A DNA stretch of 64,000 nt from an uncultured bacterium (GTDB lineage Bacteria > Zhuqueibacterota > QNDG01 > DTFT01). Positions 52,123 to 62,969 of this stretch are shown piece after piece; the stretch's first letter is position 1, and every line of letters begins with the position of its first letter. The DNA is taken from the NCBI GenBank assembly GCA_963736115.1, contig CAVTNR010000012.1, positions 256,001 to 320,000 of the forward strand. The letters are read 5' to 3'. The notes beneath the pieces are model-generated. The model made no database searches. It saw only the letters and a program-made list of their open reading frames with translations, and was not told where the DNA came from. The position numbers were made by a program, and so were the translations under genes.

Positions 52123-53925
52123 CTATCGGAGGAGGGTCATTTTCCTCGCCCAGACACGCGGCTCGCCGTCCGCCAGTACGGACAGCCGGCATACGTACAA
52201 GCCGGATCCGGCCGGACGCCCCGCGTCATCCATCCCGTCCCAGCGGACGGAATGCACGCCGGCTTCGACCGTCCCGGCCGCGAGCGTCCGCACGCGGCCG
52301 CCCCTGGAATCAATCACTTCCAGGCGGACCGAAGCGCGCTTCGGAAGCGCGAATGATACGGCCGTCTCCGGATTGAAGGGATTCGGGTAATTGGCGTTCA
52401 ACCCGAATTCCGAAGGAACCGCGCCCCCGTCCGTTTCCACTGCGCTCGGGCCGACGATCCGAAACTGATAGATCTTGGTGCCGGAATTCGCCGTGAGATT
52501 GTATTTGGAGCTGAAATTCACCAGAAAGCTGTACCGGGTCTTCCGTACGGTGGAAGGATCGATGGCCGCGGTCACGGTTTTCGTTTCGCCGGGCCCCAAC
52601 GCGAAACGGGTCTCGGACAGGACGATCGCGTTCGCCTTGACGAGAGCGGAGCCCATGGTCAGGCTCAGGGTCACGGAATCCGGTCCCGCGCCCTGGTTGA
52701 CGAACTCGAACGGCACGTCCACAATGCCGCTGTCCGAGGGAATGTCCCCGAGCTGGATGGTGGCCGGGTCCGCGAAGCCCGTTTTCGGAGACTGCTGGCT
52801 CGTGAACACGGCCGGGTCGATGGCGTACACAAAACCGCTCGAACACCCGAAATACACTTTCCCATCCGAGAGTACGGGCGAAGAATGCACCTGGCCGCCG
52901 CAGTCCATCTTGTACACCGCCGCTCCGGTCGCCTTGTCGAGCGCCCACAATCCGCCTCGAGTCTCGTGCGTCTCCCAGCCGGTGCCCGCGAAGACATAGT
53001 CTCCGGCTGCCAGCGGCCGGCCGTATACGCGGCCGTCCACGCCTCCAACCCACTTCTGCGTGCCGTTGTCCGCGTTAATGGCGATGACATAGCTCTGGTT
53101 CGAACTGCCCAAATAGAACACGCCGTCGTACAGGACAGGCCCGCCCATGGCCCACAAAGCGGCCGGGTCTCGGTACATCCACTTCTTCTCGCCCGTTTCC
53201 GCGTCCAGCGCGATCAGGTAGGTATGCCGGCCGCCGAAATGCACCTTGCCGTCATGGATAATGGGTTCCCACTGGATGAGATTGACCCAGCTGTATGTGC
53301 CGTCGAGCCGCGTGTCATAGGCCCAGAGCCGCTCGCCCGTGACCCGGTCGAACACGTGGAGCACGCCGTCCCAGGTGCCGACGTAAATCTTGCCGTTGTA
53401 AACGGCAGGCGTCGTTTCGACCGTGGACCGGTCGTCCGGCGCCTGGCAGTGGAGAACCTGGTTTCCGGTCGCGACTTCGATTCCGAACACTTCGCCGTTC
53501 TCCGAACCGATATAGGCGATTCCGTCGACGATCTTGGGAGAGGAATGGAAATCGTCATAGGGGTCGTTCCGCTCCACAACCGGCGCCTCGGACAGCCGGG
53601 TTTTCCACAGCAGGCCGCCCTGTAGGTCGAGACCGTACAGGTGATTCCCGCTTTCGAAGCAGAGCGTTCCCTCGTGGAGCGCGGCTGTCGAGTAGATCTG
53701 GTCGTCCGACTTGAACCGCCACTGTTCCGCGCCGGTCGCAGCGTCGAGCGCGTAGAACACGCTGTCCACACTGCCGATGTACACGATGCCTTCATGGATG
53801 AATGGCGTGGCATACACCTGACTGTTCGTCTTAAACCGCCAGACCAGGGGATCAGCCGAAAAGACGGACAAGGCCGGCAGCAGCAGGCAGGCCCATAAGA
53901 CGAACCGGTTGATCGAGTGTCTCAT
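52123..53925 (-). CDS. PQQ-like (BamB-type) beta-propeller protein with Ig domain and FlgD/Por tail
   Basis: Repeats VYIGS...YALDAATGAEQW; NYPNPFNP...WDGMDDAG. Signal peptide from ATG 53925. Confidence 0.85.
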   Translation of the reverse strand: MRHSINRFVLWACLLLPALSVFSADPLVWRFKTNSQVYATPFIHEGIVYIGSVDSVFYALDAATGAEQWRFKSDDQIYSTAALHEGTLCFESGNHLYGLDLQGGLLWKTRLSEAPVVERNDPYDDFHSSPKIVDGIAYIGSENGEVFGIEVATGNQVLHCQAPDDRSTVETTPAVYNGKIYVGTWDGVLHVFDRVTGERLWAYDTRLDGTYSWVNLIQWEPIIHDGKVHFGGRHTYLIALDAETGEKKWMYRDPAALWAMGGPVLYDGVFYLGSSNQSYVIAINADNGTQKWVGGVDGRVYGRPLAAGDYVFAGTGWETHETRGGLWALDKATGAAVYKMDCGGQVHSSPVLSDGKVYFGCSSGFVYAIDPAVFTSQQSPKTGFADPATIQLGDIPSDSGIVDVPFEFVNQGAGPDSVTLSLTMGSALVKANAIVLSETRFALGPGETKTVTAAIDPSTVRKTRYSFLVNFSSKYNLTANSGTKIYQFRIVGPSAVETDGGAVPSEFGLNANYPNPFNPETAVSFALPKRASVRLEVIDSRGGRVRTLAAGTVEAGVHSVRWDGMDDAGRPAGSGLYVCRLSVLADGEPRVWARKMTLLR

Positions 53926-54023
53926 ACTGAACCTCGCAGACTTGGATGACCTAAACGTGGAAAACCGCCGCATGGCCTGCTTTCCGTGAACGCCTGCAAG
54001 ATAGAAAAACAGGAGGTCTTTGT

Positions 54024-54047
54024 CGTCCGACTGCATGAAGTCGAACG
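54024..54047. promoter_or_regulatory. Inverted repeat at the -35 position, candidate AraC-family activator site
   Basis: CGTCCGACT-N6-AGTCGAACG, 20 nt upstream of TATCTT (53998-54003, minus strand). Confidence 0.4.
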
Positions 54048-54171
54048 CGGTCGCGGAGTTCTGCTCGAGCGTCAGCGATGGACAAAAGGAAGAACGGCCG
54101 CTTCGGAGAATCGGTTTAGTTCAATGATATTAGTGGATTGGAGGGTACAGCGGACAGATAACCGGATGCTT

Positions 54172-55302
54172 TTAATTCGATCGGAGAAAATCCGTGGGCG
54201 TCATGCCGGTATACCGCTTGAACGCGGTGTTGAAAACCGACTTGGAATTGAAACCCGCTTCCAGAAGCACTTCCAGGACGGATTTGCCCTGTTCACGGCC
54301 TTCCCGGAGCATGCGTTTCGACTCCTCAATGCGCCGCCGGTTCACATAGTCGAAAAAACTCTGGTTCAGGGACTCGTTCAGAATCTGGGACAGGTAACGG
54401 GGCGGAATGTTCGTCTTGCGCGCCAGAACCGGCAGGGTCAGCATGGGATCCAGATACGGCTTCTGATCCCGCATGACCTGTTCGAGCTGATCCAGATACT
54501 GTTTTTTCTGTCCGTCCGTCAGGCCGGATCCCTGGTATTTCGGCTTATCTTCGACTCCGAATTCAACTGCCGGCTGACGCATGCTCTTGAAAAAAATGAG
54601 CTGGATGGAAAACAACGCCACAATCATGGCCGCATTGGCGATGGCCACCGATCCGTAACCGGTCAGGCTGTGATGGATGTAATAAACCGTGTCGAAACTC
54701 CAATGCGCGAGGTATCCGAAAAGGACCACGTTGAGCCAGGAAAGATTATGGCGCTCGATCGTGGACATGGAGTTCCGAATGTCCCGTCTGTACCGGGCCA
54801 GCTCTCTCAGGCACAGGAGAATGTAGGCCAGAATCAGCCCCTGCATCAACGCGCAATGGACGCGGTATTCGGTGAGGGACAGAGCACTGAAAGTTTCCAC
54901 CAGCACGCGTTTCACTGCCGGTGAACGGAGGTCGAATCGGCCGGACATGAATGCCAGATGCGCCACGAAGGGAAGCGCGTGGAGGGCAACGGCCGGCCGG
55001 AGCTGAAATTCCTTGTGGGTGATGGATTTCGTGTACAGGTACAGCAGGGGGCCCCACAGATACACGAAGGATTCGCCGAACCCGACAATCTGGATGAAAG
55101 GCGGCCGCTTCCAGACGCCGAGGAGGATGAGCATCAGGTTGCCGATGGCGACGCTTTCAGCGAAGAGAAAGGCCGCCAGGTTCCGGTTCGACACCGGATT
55201 TTCGGTTTTGCGGATCAGGAGGAAAAAGGCGAAGAAGATCAGCTGGATCCAGGTGACGCCGCTGATCAGCGTGAGTACGGAATATCCTGTGGTCCCTTCC
55301 AT
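54172..55302 (-). CDS. Membrane-anchored AraC-family regulator
   Basis: About 7 TM segments (WGPLLYLY) plus C-terminal HTH LSQILN...FFDYVN...GFNSKSVFNTAFKRYTG. Confidence 0.9.
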   Translation of the reverse strand: MEGTTGYSVLTLISGVTWIQLIFFAFFLLIRKTENPVSNRNLAAFLFAESVAIGNLMLILLGVWKRPPFIQIVGFGESFVYLWGPLLYLYTKSITHKEFQLRPAVALHALPFVAHLAFMSGRFDLRSPAVKRVLVETFSALSLTEYRVHCALMQGLILAYILLCLRELARYRRDIRNSMSTIERHNLSWLNVVLFGYLAHWSFDTVYYIHHSLTGYGSVAIANAAMIVALFSIQLIFFKSMRQPAVEFGVEDKPKYQGSGLTDGQKKQYLDQLEQVMRDQKPYLDPMLTLPVLARKTNIPPRYLSQILNESLNQSFFDYVNRRRIEESKRMLREGREQGKSVLEVLLEAGFNSKSVFNTAFKRYTGMTPTDFLRSN

Positions 55303-55310
55303 GTGCTGAT

Positions 55311-55339
55311 AATATAGAAGGATACGGGATCAATGTCAA
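55311..55339 (-). promoter_or_regulatory. Sigma70 promoter giving a probably leaderless araC mRNA
   Basis: TTGACA-17-TATATT, only 8 nt before the ATG; no SD. Confidence 0.65.
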
Positions 55340-55435
55340 GTGGAAGTGCGACACACCTTGTGGGGGCGTCGCACTTCCGTTGTTTTAATTATTGAAGGCC
55401 CTCCAATCGAGGCTCAGCCCTGATCAAGTCACGGA

Positions 55436-56891
55436 TCAGATCACGTTCAGTTTTTCAAGTTCCTTCACGGCCGTATGCCGGAAAAATCCGCTGTCGAAGC
55501 CGGTATCGTTGAAGTGGATCACCGTGTCGAAGCACTCCCGGGCAATCGCTTTATCTCCCTTTTTCGCAAAGGCCAGCCCTTTGTAATAAAAATTGCTCGC
55601 CCAGCGCTTGCTGGTCTGATCGAAGTCTTCGATCGCGTCATCGTATCGTTTTTCGCGCATGGCGACCAGACCTGCCAGTCCGTGCCATCCCTGCATGTCT
55701 GTTGGACTTTCGGGTGGTTTCGGCATACTTTTTATACTGTTCGGCCTTGGTTCTGGCTTCCGCAGCATCCCCCTTCGCCACCGCCAGTTCGACCTCTCCG
55801 ACCAGGACAATGCTGAGAGCTCCCTCCTTGGCCGGACCAGAAAGAATCGCGGATTTCCGGACAAAGTCCCTGGCCTGCCTGTACTGCCCGGCCGCTTCCA
55901 CGAGCCTGTTTCGTGACACGTCGATTCGTGCAGAGCATGAAGTATGCGAATGGAACGGAGCTGTCATACTGCAATTTCTTGAGAACGGAGATGTTCCGGC
56001 TGAAATCCTGCTTTGCCTCATCGGGCCTTCCTCGTACAGATTGATCATCCCGTTCAGATAGTGGACATCGTATTGCACGTACGGATCGGAAGTGAGAGAG
56101 GCCAAATGCATGACCTTTTCCCGCGCCTCTTCGAATTTTCCCAGGAGGCATAAATTGGTGACCAGCCCGCTGTAGGAACCATAGAAATCGGGTTTAATGG
56201 AAAGAGCCTTCTGGTATTCATCGATGGACTCTTGAAATTTTCCCTGTTTCAAGAGGATTTCGGCGTAACTGTCATGGCTATTCGGATCCATCGGGGCCAT
56301 TTCCATATACACTCGCAGAGATTCTTCAGCTTCCGCGGGATTTCCCAGATAAATATTACTGTATCCCATCATGTTGTAAGCGAGTGCGTACTTTTTATCC
56401 AGTGCGATGGCTTTTTGAAATTCGCCGATCGCGTCCTGATACTGCTGCCGGGAAAACAGGAATAGGGCCATCTGAGCGTGAGCTCTCTTGTCCTCAGGAT
56501 AGAGTTCGAGCAGTTTTCGCGTGTGTTCCTCTATTTTCACGGGGTCGCCGTTCTGTCCGGCCTGGGCGATCAGTATGTACAGTTTCTCGCCTTCCGATAC
56601 CTTGTCGAGGGACTGCACGGCCTTCTCCAGATAGCCACGGTGATTTTCAGCGCCCAAGCTGTACAACGCGAGATTCGCCTGGGCGAAATCCGGGTCCTTT
56701 CCGATGGCTTTTTTCATCAGACTGATTGCCTCGATTCGCTGACCACTCTCCATCCTTTCACGGCCCTGGATGAAAAGGTCCCTGGCTTCCGCGGATACTG
56801 TAGTGATCGGAATTTCCTTTTTCTTCGACCCGCATCCGGCCATCAGACAAATGCCGGCCGCTAACAGTAAAAATGCAAACCTGGATTTCAT
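55436..56891 (-). pseudogene. TPR lipoprotein with three apparent frameshifts (~56030, ~55933, ~55712)
   Basis: Lipobox MAGC; IPITT; TPRs. Coding sense alternates between ORFs 55638, 55732 and 55436. Confidence 0.7.
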
Positions 56892-57643
56892 GTGATATCC
56901 TCCCCTTTTTTCCGTTGATGATCCGGTTCCCCTTTTTATAAGCATGGGTCTGATGCTCTGTCCCGCGACCCGAGCGTCAAATGGTATTTCGATCCTCCGT
57001 CTCCAGTACCTGCAAAAACCAGCAATGGCGCCTCTATGGAGGATGGCGCGCCCTTTGAAGTGCGTGTTGCTTTAGCGACTGGTGGTCAGACCGCCTGACA
57101 GAAAAGACATTCTTTCTCGTCACATCGGAGTTCATGAAGGATTCCAGTACGCCAATTCAGCGGGAGGTAATAGACTTCGGTCTTTTTAATCCATCAATGT
57201 CTTCAGATTACTGTAAATATTCCAGTTGCTACAGGAGGCTCTGAAATGGGCCTGCTTGCTTTCGTCTCAAATAATTGTTTTTACTTAATTAATTTTGTAT
57301 ATGCGGGTAATTCACGAAGGATGAGGAATCAATCGGCTTCAGGAATCAGGATCAGGAAGGTGATTTCAACGGGGATGGATGGATTCGGAAGGGATGCCGC
57401 GTCGTCCCTCCGTTCAGGACAGCGATTTTTTTATTTATTTACTATATTTAAACTAAAAGATATTCGGTAAAAGTCAAGCGAATATTGATGGCCCGCACCG
57501 GGCCGCGTATTCGAGGCTGGATGATTGGGATCGGATATATTTCGATCCGCGTGCTTATATAGGTGTTTAATCGCAAAATGAATCAATTTTTGTGAACGCC
57601 GATACGACTTCGTTTTCCGGCTCTGCCGCGTCCCCTGCTTCGT

Positions 57644-59107
57644 TTACTTTTCCCTGCCTGTCAGGATGTCCTCCAGACGCTGCCGTTTCACGTAGTTTTC
57701 AAATCGGAAGGACTCAGCCAGCGCGATCAGCTCTTTTTCCGACAGATTCCTGAACAGGCCGCAGTATTCCGGCAACAGCGCTTCGGATATCAGAATATGC
57801 CTGACCAGCTGGCGGATATGCCTATTCGGACCGGACGGGTAGGGATCGAATCCGGGGAACTCCTCTTTGAACATCTCCTCGATCGGCGCCATGATCGGGC
57901 GGATATGCTTATCGCTCGATCCCCAGGCATCCGCGCCCAGCGAATCCTTTCTGGCCAGGAATCGTGAAACCAGTTTCATGTAGGGCGTATCCGCTTTCTG
58001 ATGCAGAATGGCATGAAGCCCCATATCCTTGTACAACCAGATGCACCAACTCGCTCCGTATTTGTTAAAATAGGCCAATTGATCCTTCAGCACCCGGTAC
58101 CGGGTCTCGTCTTCCTTCGGATCGCCGGTATAGAGCGGGCCGAATTCACCGACCCAGATCGGGACCTTATTGGATAACATGAAGTCGCTCTTCTGGAGGA
58201 AAACCTGTTCCAGGGAGTCCTTGTCGATGTACCGGCCGTCGATGACGCCCGGATACTCGCCTCCAAAACCCGGCCGCGCGTAATCGTGATTGGTATACAC
58301 GACATTGTCCCATACTTCCGTAAACGAACTGAAATCCCTTGCATATCGATCGCCTTCCAGGAACAGAATGTGGTCCGGATCGACCTTTCGCACGGCATCG
58401 ACCAGGCGCCTGTAATACGGAAAAACTTTCCTGCCGGTGGGATCTGCCGGCTCATTGATCAGATCATAGCCTGCCACCCACGGTTGATCCCTGTAACGTG
58501 CGGCAATCGCCTCCCACAGGTTCAGCGCCCGGTCCTGAAAGTCCTTGTGCTTCCAGAACAGGGCGACATGGGTCGGATTGTCGCTGTGCCAGTGCTGATT
58601 CTGGAATCCCGGCAGGGCGTGCAGGTCGATGATGGTGTAGATTTGATGCCTGGCGCACAGCTCGATCACCCGGTCCAGGTGCTCGAATGCGCCTTCCCGG
58701 ATGACCCGGGGATTCATGTCATCTTCAAAAAGATGGTAATTGATGGGAATGCGGATCAGGTTCATTCCCAGGCTGTGTATGTATTCCGCATCCGGTTCCG
58801 TGAAGTAGTTTTTCAGGAAAACATCGAAGTAAAGATTGTACTTTTCCGGGCCCAGCGCCTCCAGAAGCCCCTCCCGCATGGCTTCTTCATTGGCTGGATA
58901 TCCATTGATAAAATTCTCCATGTGCAGCATGCCGCCGAGTCCGAAACCGCGCAGGACGACCGGGTCTCCCTTCGTGTTGACGATTTGATCGCCCGAAACC
59001 GAGAGTCTGGTCTCGCCGCCCATGCCCGGTTTCTGCGTCCAGCCGCTTTCCGAGAACAGAAAGATCGTCAGGATGGCAAGCACCGGACATAATTTTGTGC
59101 GTTTCAT
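57644..59107 (-). CDS. Glycoside hydrolase family 5
   Basis: Signal peptide; IRIPINY, IDLHALPG, YDLINEP acid/base, VGEFG nucleophile. Confidence 0.9.
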   Translation of the reverse strand: MKRTKLCPVLAILTIFLFSESGWTQKPGMGGETRLSVSGDQIVNTKGDPVVLRGFGLGGMLHMENFINGYPANEEAMREGLLEALGPEKYNLYFDVFLKNYFTEPDAEYIHSLGMNLIRIPINYHLFEDDMNPRVIREGAFEHLDRVIELCARHQIYTIIDLHALPGFQNQHWHSDNPTHVALFWKHKDFQDRALNLWEAIAARYRDQPWVAGYDLINEPADPTGRKVFPYYRRLVDAVRKVDPDHILFLEGDRYARDFSSFTEVWDNVVYTNHDYARPGFGGEYPGVIDGRYIDKDSLEQVFLQKSDFMLSNKVPIWVGEFGPLYTGDPKEDETRYRVLKDQLAYFNKYGASWCIWLYKDMGLHAILHQKADTPYMKLVSRFLARKDSLGADAWGSSDKHIRPIMAPIEEMFKEEFPGFDPYPSGPNRHIRQLVRHILISEALLPEYCGLFRNLSEKELIALAESFRFENYVKRQRLEDILTGREK

Positions 59108-59243
59108 ATGGATTCTCCTTCTTGATTGGCTGGGATACAAGCCTGCCTGAGAAATGGCATTGATGAATAATCCAGGATACTCCGATCGCACCGGGGTTCC
59201 GCCCCGGTGCGTGTCATCATGGAGGGCTCCGCCCTCCGAACCA

Positions 59244-59745
59244 CCAGCCCTCTTGAACGGCTACATAGGTGATGTCCGAAGTCCAGACCTTGCCAGGCTG
59301 ATCAGTCGTGAAATTTCGATTCAGAAGATTGGGAGCAATCGGTAAATCATGACCGCTATCCGTAGTGACCCTGAATCTGCGTTTAATCGATGCGGAAATG
59401 CCATTTTTACGCATGATTCTCGCTATCCGTGGACGACTGACCATGACTCCTTCATCTCTCAGGCAACTCATGATTCGTGGACTGCCGTATGTTTTTCTGG
59501 TCCCTTGGTGAATCGTTTGAATTCGTTTAAGCAGTCTCTCGTTTTCAGTGGCCCGACGGCTTGGGACTCGATGAAGCCAACTGAAGTAACCGCTTGGACT
59601 GACTTTCAGTGCCTGGCAGATCTTGGTGACAGGGAAATCTTTCTGGTTTTCCCGGATAAACCCATATTTCAGGAACTTTCTCTCGAAAAAAAAGCCAAGG
59701 CTTTTTTTAAAATGTCCCGTTCCATTTTTGTGTCCGCCAGTTCTT
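59244..59745 (-). mobile_element. IS3-family internal fragment (orfA end, -1 frameshift site, orfB N-half)
   Basis: ERDILKKALAFF; AAAAAAAG slippery site at 59701-59708; YGSPRI, PNLLNRNF, WTSDITY, cut after EGW. No IRs seen. Confidence 0.88.
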
Positions 59746-61251
59746 TCACCGAATCACCAGTGTCTGAATCGCCCGGCCCGGAATTGTCACCGGAAAGAAC
59801 CGCTTGTTGAATTCGACCTGAAAGCGCACCGGCTTGTTCTCCCTGATTCAAGAACCGCCAGAGCAATCGATCCGTCCGCGTTTTGACAAGCCGCAGCCAT
59901 CAAATCCTCGGACTCTGAGTCGAGGCCGATCCGCCTGCGCCCCGGGCCGTATGAATTTGCTGAAATGCGCCATCACATAATAGAGGGGCGTGTAATAAAC
60001 CGTATCCGTTTCGGGATCGGCCAGCACCGGCGCGACGCACCAGTTCTTTTTATGGTTGGGTCCGCCCTGAAAATCGAGCACCATGTTCCAGTCGATCCAG
60101 CCCGTCAGCCAGCTGTTGAGTCCCCCGATGATGTCCCGGGCATACCGGTAAACCGGCACATAGGGCGGATGTTTGTCCCTGTCCGCTTCGACAGCCCAGA
60201 AAAACCCCCAATCAGTGGCTTCTTTGTTCCAGTACCATTCATCCTTCAGCCATACACCGGCCGGTTCATCGTTGCCCACATTGTCGATACAGCCTTCGGT
60301 ATGCATCAGCATTTGATCGGGATACTTTTCATGAACCGCGTTCAGAGCATCCGGATACCAGTCCGTTGTGCTGCTGTACCAGTGCACTGCCGTGCCCCAC
60401 ACAACATCGGCCAGATCGGGATCGTCGAGCATGGAGGCCCATTCCTCGAGTTCATCCCGGTTCTGATCGTAAATGAGAATCTTGACGTCCAGACCGTCTT
60501 TCTTGAACTGCGGGGCCAGATGCGATTTGACGAAATCCGCCTCGGTCTGAGGCGTGAAAATCATACTCTCCCACTGCCCGCCGTTGCCGAGAGGCTCGTT
60601 CTCAACGGTCACACCCCAGATGGGAATGCCCTGCGTTTGATACGCCTGAATAGTTTTTGCGAAATACAGCGCCCAGGTTGAATAATATTCAGGCTTTAAG
60701 GATCCGCCGAACCAATCCTCATTGTCCTTCATCCAGGGCGGCGCGGTCCACGGCGAGGCCAGGATTTTGAATCCATCTTTGGATGCTTTCATCGCATCCT
60801 GAATGAACGGAATGAGATCATCCATGTCTTCCTGTATGCTGAAATGCGCAAGGCCCGTATCGCCTGGAATGGTATCATAGCTGTAGGGGGTCAGGGAAAA
60901 ATCGCAGCTGTTGATGTGTGTGCGGGTGAGGCTGTATGCCGCGCCGTCCGGACTGAAATAGCGCCGGATCACTTCCGTCCGTTTGGCTTTGCTCAATTTC
61001 GAGAGCACATAAGCCGAAGATTCCGTGAAAGCCCCGCCGAAACCCGTTATCTGCTGATATTGCCGGTCAGGATGAATCACCAAAGTGGCTCGTTCGGGAT
61101 CTCGTGTTTCAATAGCGGCAACTCTTCCTTTATCAACCAGCTTGTCGCCGGCTTGGGAAGTCTGATAAATCCGAAGCGCTTCTGATTCCCGGGAACATGA
61201 CAAAAGAATCGTTGCGGACAGAAGGAAGAGGGTCGCGGTGATACTTTTCAT
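59746..61251 (-). CDS. GH30 glucosylceramidase-like lipoprotein; C-terminal frameshifts (~59935, ~59852, ~59825)
   Basis: Lipobox LLSC; GFGGAFT, ASPWTAP, TVENEP, HTEGC, HFSKFI. C-terminus continues across frames as RIGLDS..NADGS..LNQG..TIPGRAIQTLVIR*. Confidence 0.85.
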
Positions 61252-61381
61252 GATGATTCTCCCGTTTTACCGTCTAAGATTTTTTGCAATTTATTTAAAT
61301 GTCAATTCGTTTTATCCCGCGGGAGGTCTGATCAATTCTTTGTATTGTGTGGCACTGCCTTTTAGCAGTGCTTCTCTTCCA

Positions 61382-61454
61382 CGTTGACCTCCAGTTGTGT
61401 GAGCACTGGTAATAATTAAATCATAAAACTGCTCACTTGAAACGGGGGCCAAAA
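61382..61454 (-). repeat. Degenerate attC-like hairpin
   Basis: TTTTGGC-CCCC-GTTTCAAGTGAGCA...TGCTCACACAAC-TGGAG-GTCAACG. Confidence 0.3.
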
Positions 61455-61501
61455 TAGGAGCTTCAATTGGCAATTTAATTATTTATGAATTATCGATTTG
61501 A

Positions 61502-62059
61502 TCACAATTTACGCTGCGGAAACAGGTAGTATTCAATCCCTAAATTGAAGCTGATATTTGTAAATGTATAGCTATTGGTTCTGAGAATAAAAGTATGTGG
61601 TCCTACTCTGAAATCGATTCTTTTTGATAGTAACCACTTTTTATCCATTCCAAAATCAACGGCATACCCATCCTCTATAAAATCACCTTGTTTATTCCAG
61701 CTATTGGAAAAATGCGTGGTTCCATAAGCTCCGGATAAATGGAAACTGATACTGCTTTGCGTACTATACGCGAGTCCGATACCATATGCATCAAGATTAA
61801 TATATCGATACTTTTCGCCAATATTTTTTTTGATAAATCCGCCAAATTCACTGAAAGACACAGCGTATTTATCCGCAAAGCCCCATCCAATTGCATGATT
61901 TTTTGTGACGATCGTAAAGCCGGATTCATTGATAGTGTTAAATTCTTTCATAAAACCGGGGCCAAGGCTGAATCTCAGGAATGGGCCTTTTTGCGCTATC
62001 ACATGATTTGACGAGAAAACGATCAAGCAAAACAGGATTGTTTCCTTAAAACGCATCAT
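61502..62059 (-). CDS. AT-rich exported hypothetical protein (beta-barrel-like)
   Basis: Signal peptide (VIA-Q) and alternating aromatic beta strands; AGGAG SD. Confidence 0.65.
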   Translation of the reverse strand: MMRFKETILFCLIVFSSNHVIAQKGPFLRFSLGPGFMKEFNTINESGFTIVTKNHAIGWGFADKYAVSFSEFGGFIKKNIGEKYRYINLDAYGIGLAYSTQSSISFHLSGAYGTTHFSNSWNKQGDFIEDGYAVDFGMDKKWLLSKRIDFRVGPHTFILRTNSYTFTNISFNLGIEYYLFPQRKL

Positions 62060-62133
62060 ATACTCCTTCGGTTTATTTATCGGAATTATTGCTTTTCCAT
62101 GAGCCATATTTTTGTATCTCAAGGAATTAACTT

Positions 62134-62255
62134 TTCCAACGCAAGCATGTGCGGCGCAACCCTAATCGTTTTTCTTGTCTACATATTATGTAGTGATCCA
62201 TCAATTATTAAAATTATACGTTCGGGTTGCGTCCAGCAATTTACAGGGGTTGGCT
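62134..62255 (-). repeat. attC-like site (122 bp)
   Basis: R'' AGCCAAC overlaps the TAG stop; 5-nt spacer; TGC(T)GG(A)CGCAACCC/GGGTTGCGCCGCA stem; 5-nt spacer; R' GTTGGAA. Confidence 0.55.
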
Positions 62256-62946
62256 ATTTCATTTTATTTCGCAACTCTTCAAGTATTTCAATTTGAATTT
62301 CCTGAATCTTGATCATTTTTGACCATTGGTCTAATAGTAAATGATCCACTTTCTCATGAAGTGTACGAATCTCAATTTCAGATTTAAGATTGACCTTGTA
62401 ATCATTTTCCGAACGTATTCTGTCTTTTTTCTCCTGCCTGTTTTGGCTCATCATAATAATTGGAGCTTGAATTGCGGCTATGCATGACAGAATCAGGTTC
62501 ATTAAAATAAAAGGATAAGGATCAAAAGGCTTTTTTAATACAACATAACTGTTAATTGCAATCCATAAAAATAGAATTATAAAAAATATAATAATAAATT
62601 TCCAACTTCCGCCAAAAGACGCTACTTTGTCTGAAATCGAATCACCTATTCTTAATTTCTCTTTAATTGAAATATTTATATTCTCCGCAATTAATTCATT
62701 ATTGTTAATGCTTTTGATTACATCTCTTTCTAGTTCTTTGATGTTTGTACTTTCATCATTGATAAGTTTAGCAATATACTTTTCACGGTATGAATAATAA
62801 TCGGATTTACAGATAGTTTTACTGTCATTCCAATCAGGAAAATCATATAAAATAAGATTTTCAATTTCCTGTCGAATTCCATGGCCACTAATGATATCGT
62901 CTTGAGGAAAATCTTTTCGACAAACATGACACGTTATACTGACCAT
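62254..62946 (-). CDS. DUF1003 membrane protein (AT-rich)
   Basis: FGGSWKFI, PFDPYPFILMNL, QAPIIMMSQNRQ, DYKVNLKSE. Confidence 0.9.
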   Translation of the reverse strand: MVSITCHVCRKDFPQDDIISGHGIRQEIENLILYDFPDWNDSKTICKSDYYSYREKYIAKLINDESTNIKELERDVIKSINNNELIAENINISIKEKLRIGDSISDKVASFGGSWKFIIIFFIILFLWIAINSYVVLKKPFDPYPFILMNLILSCIAAIQAPIIMMSQNRQEKKDRIRSENDYKVNLKSEIEIRTLHEKVDHLLLDQWSKMIKIQEIQIEILEELRNKMK

Positions 62947-62969
62947 TTTCGGCCTTTCTGTTTTAATTT

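Noticed and set aside
55342-55378. Hairpin GGAAGTGCGAC/GTCGCACTTCC as a mobile repeat
   Set aside because: It is a single copy just downstream of the TPR gene and is most simply a terminator-like stem.
59669-59866. 65-aa ORF as an intact IS3 orfA
   Set aside because: It is a chimera of the frameshifted GH30 C-terminus and the last codons of orfA.
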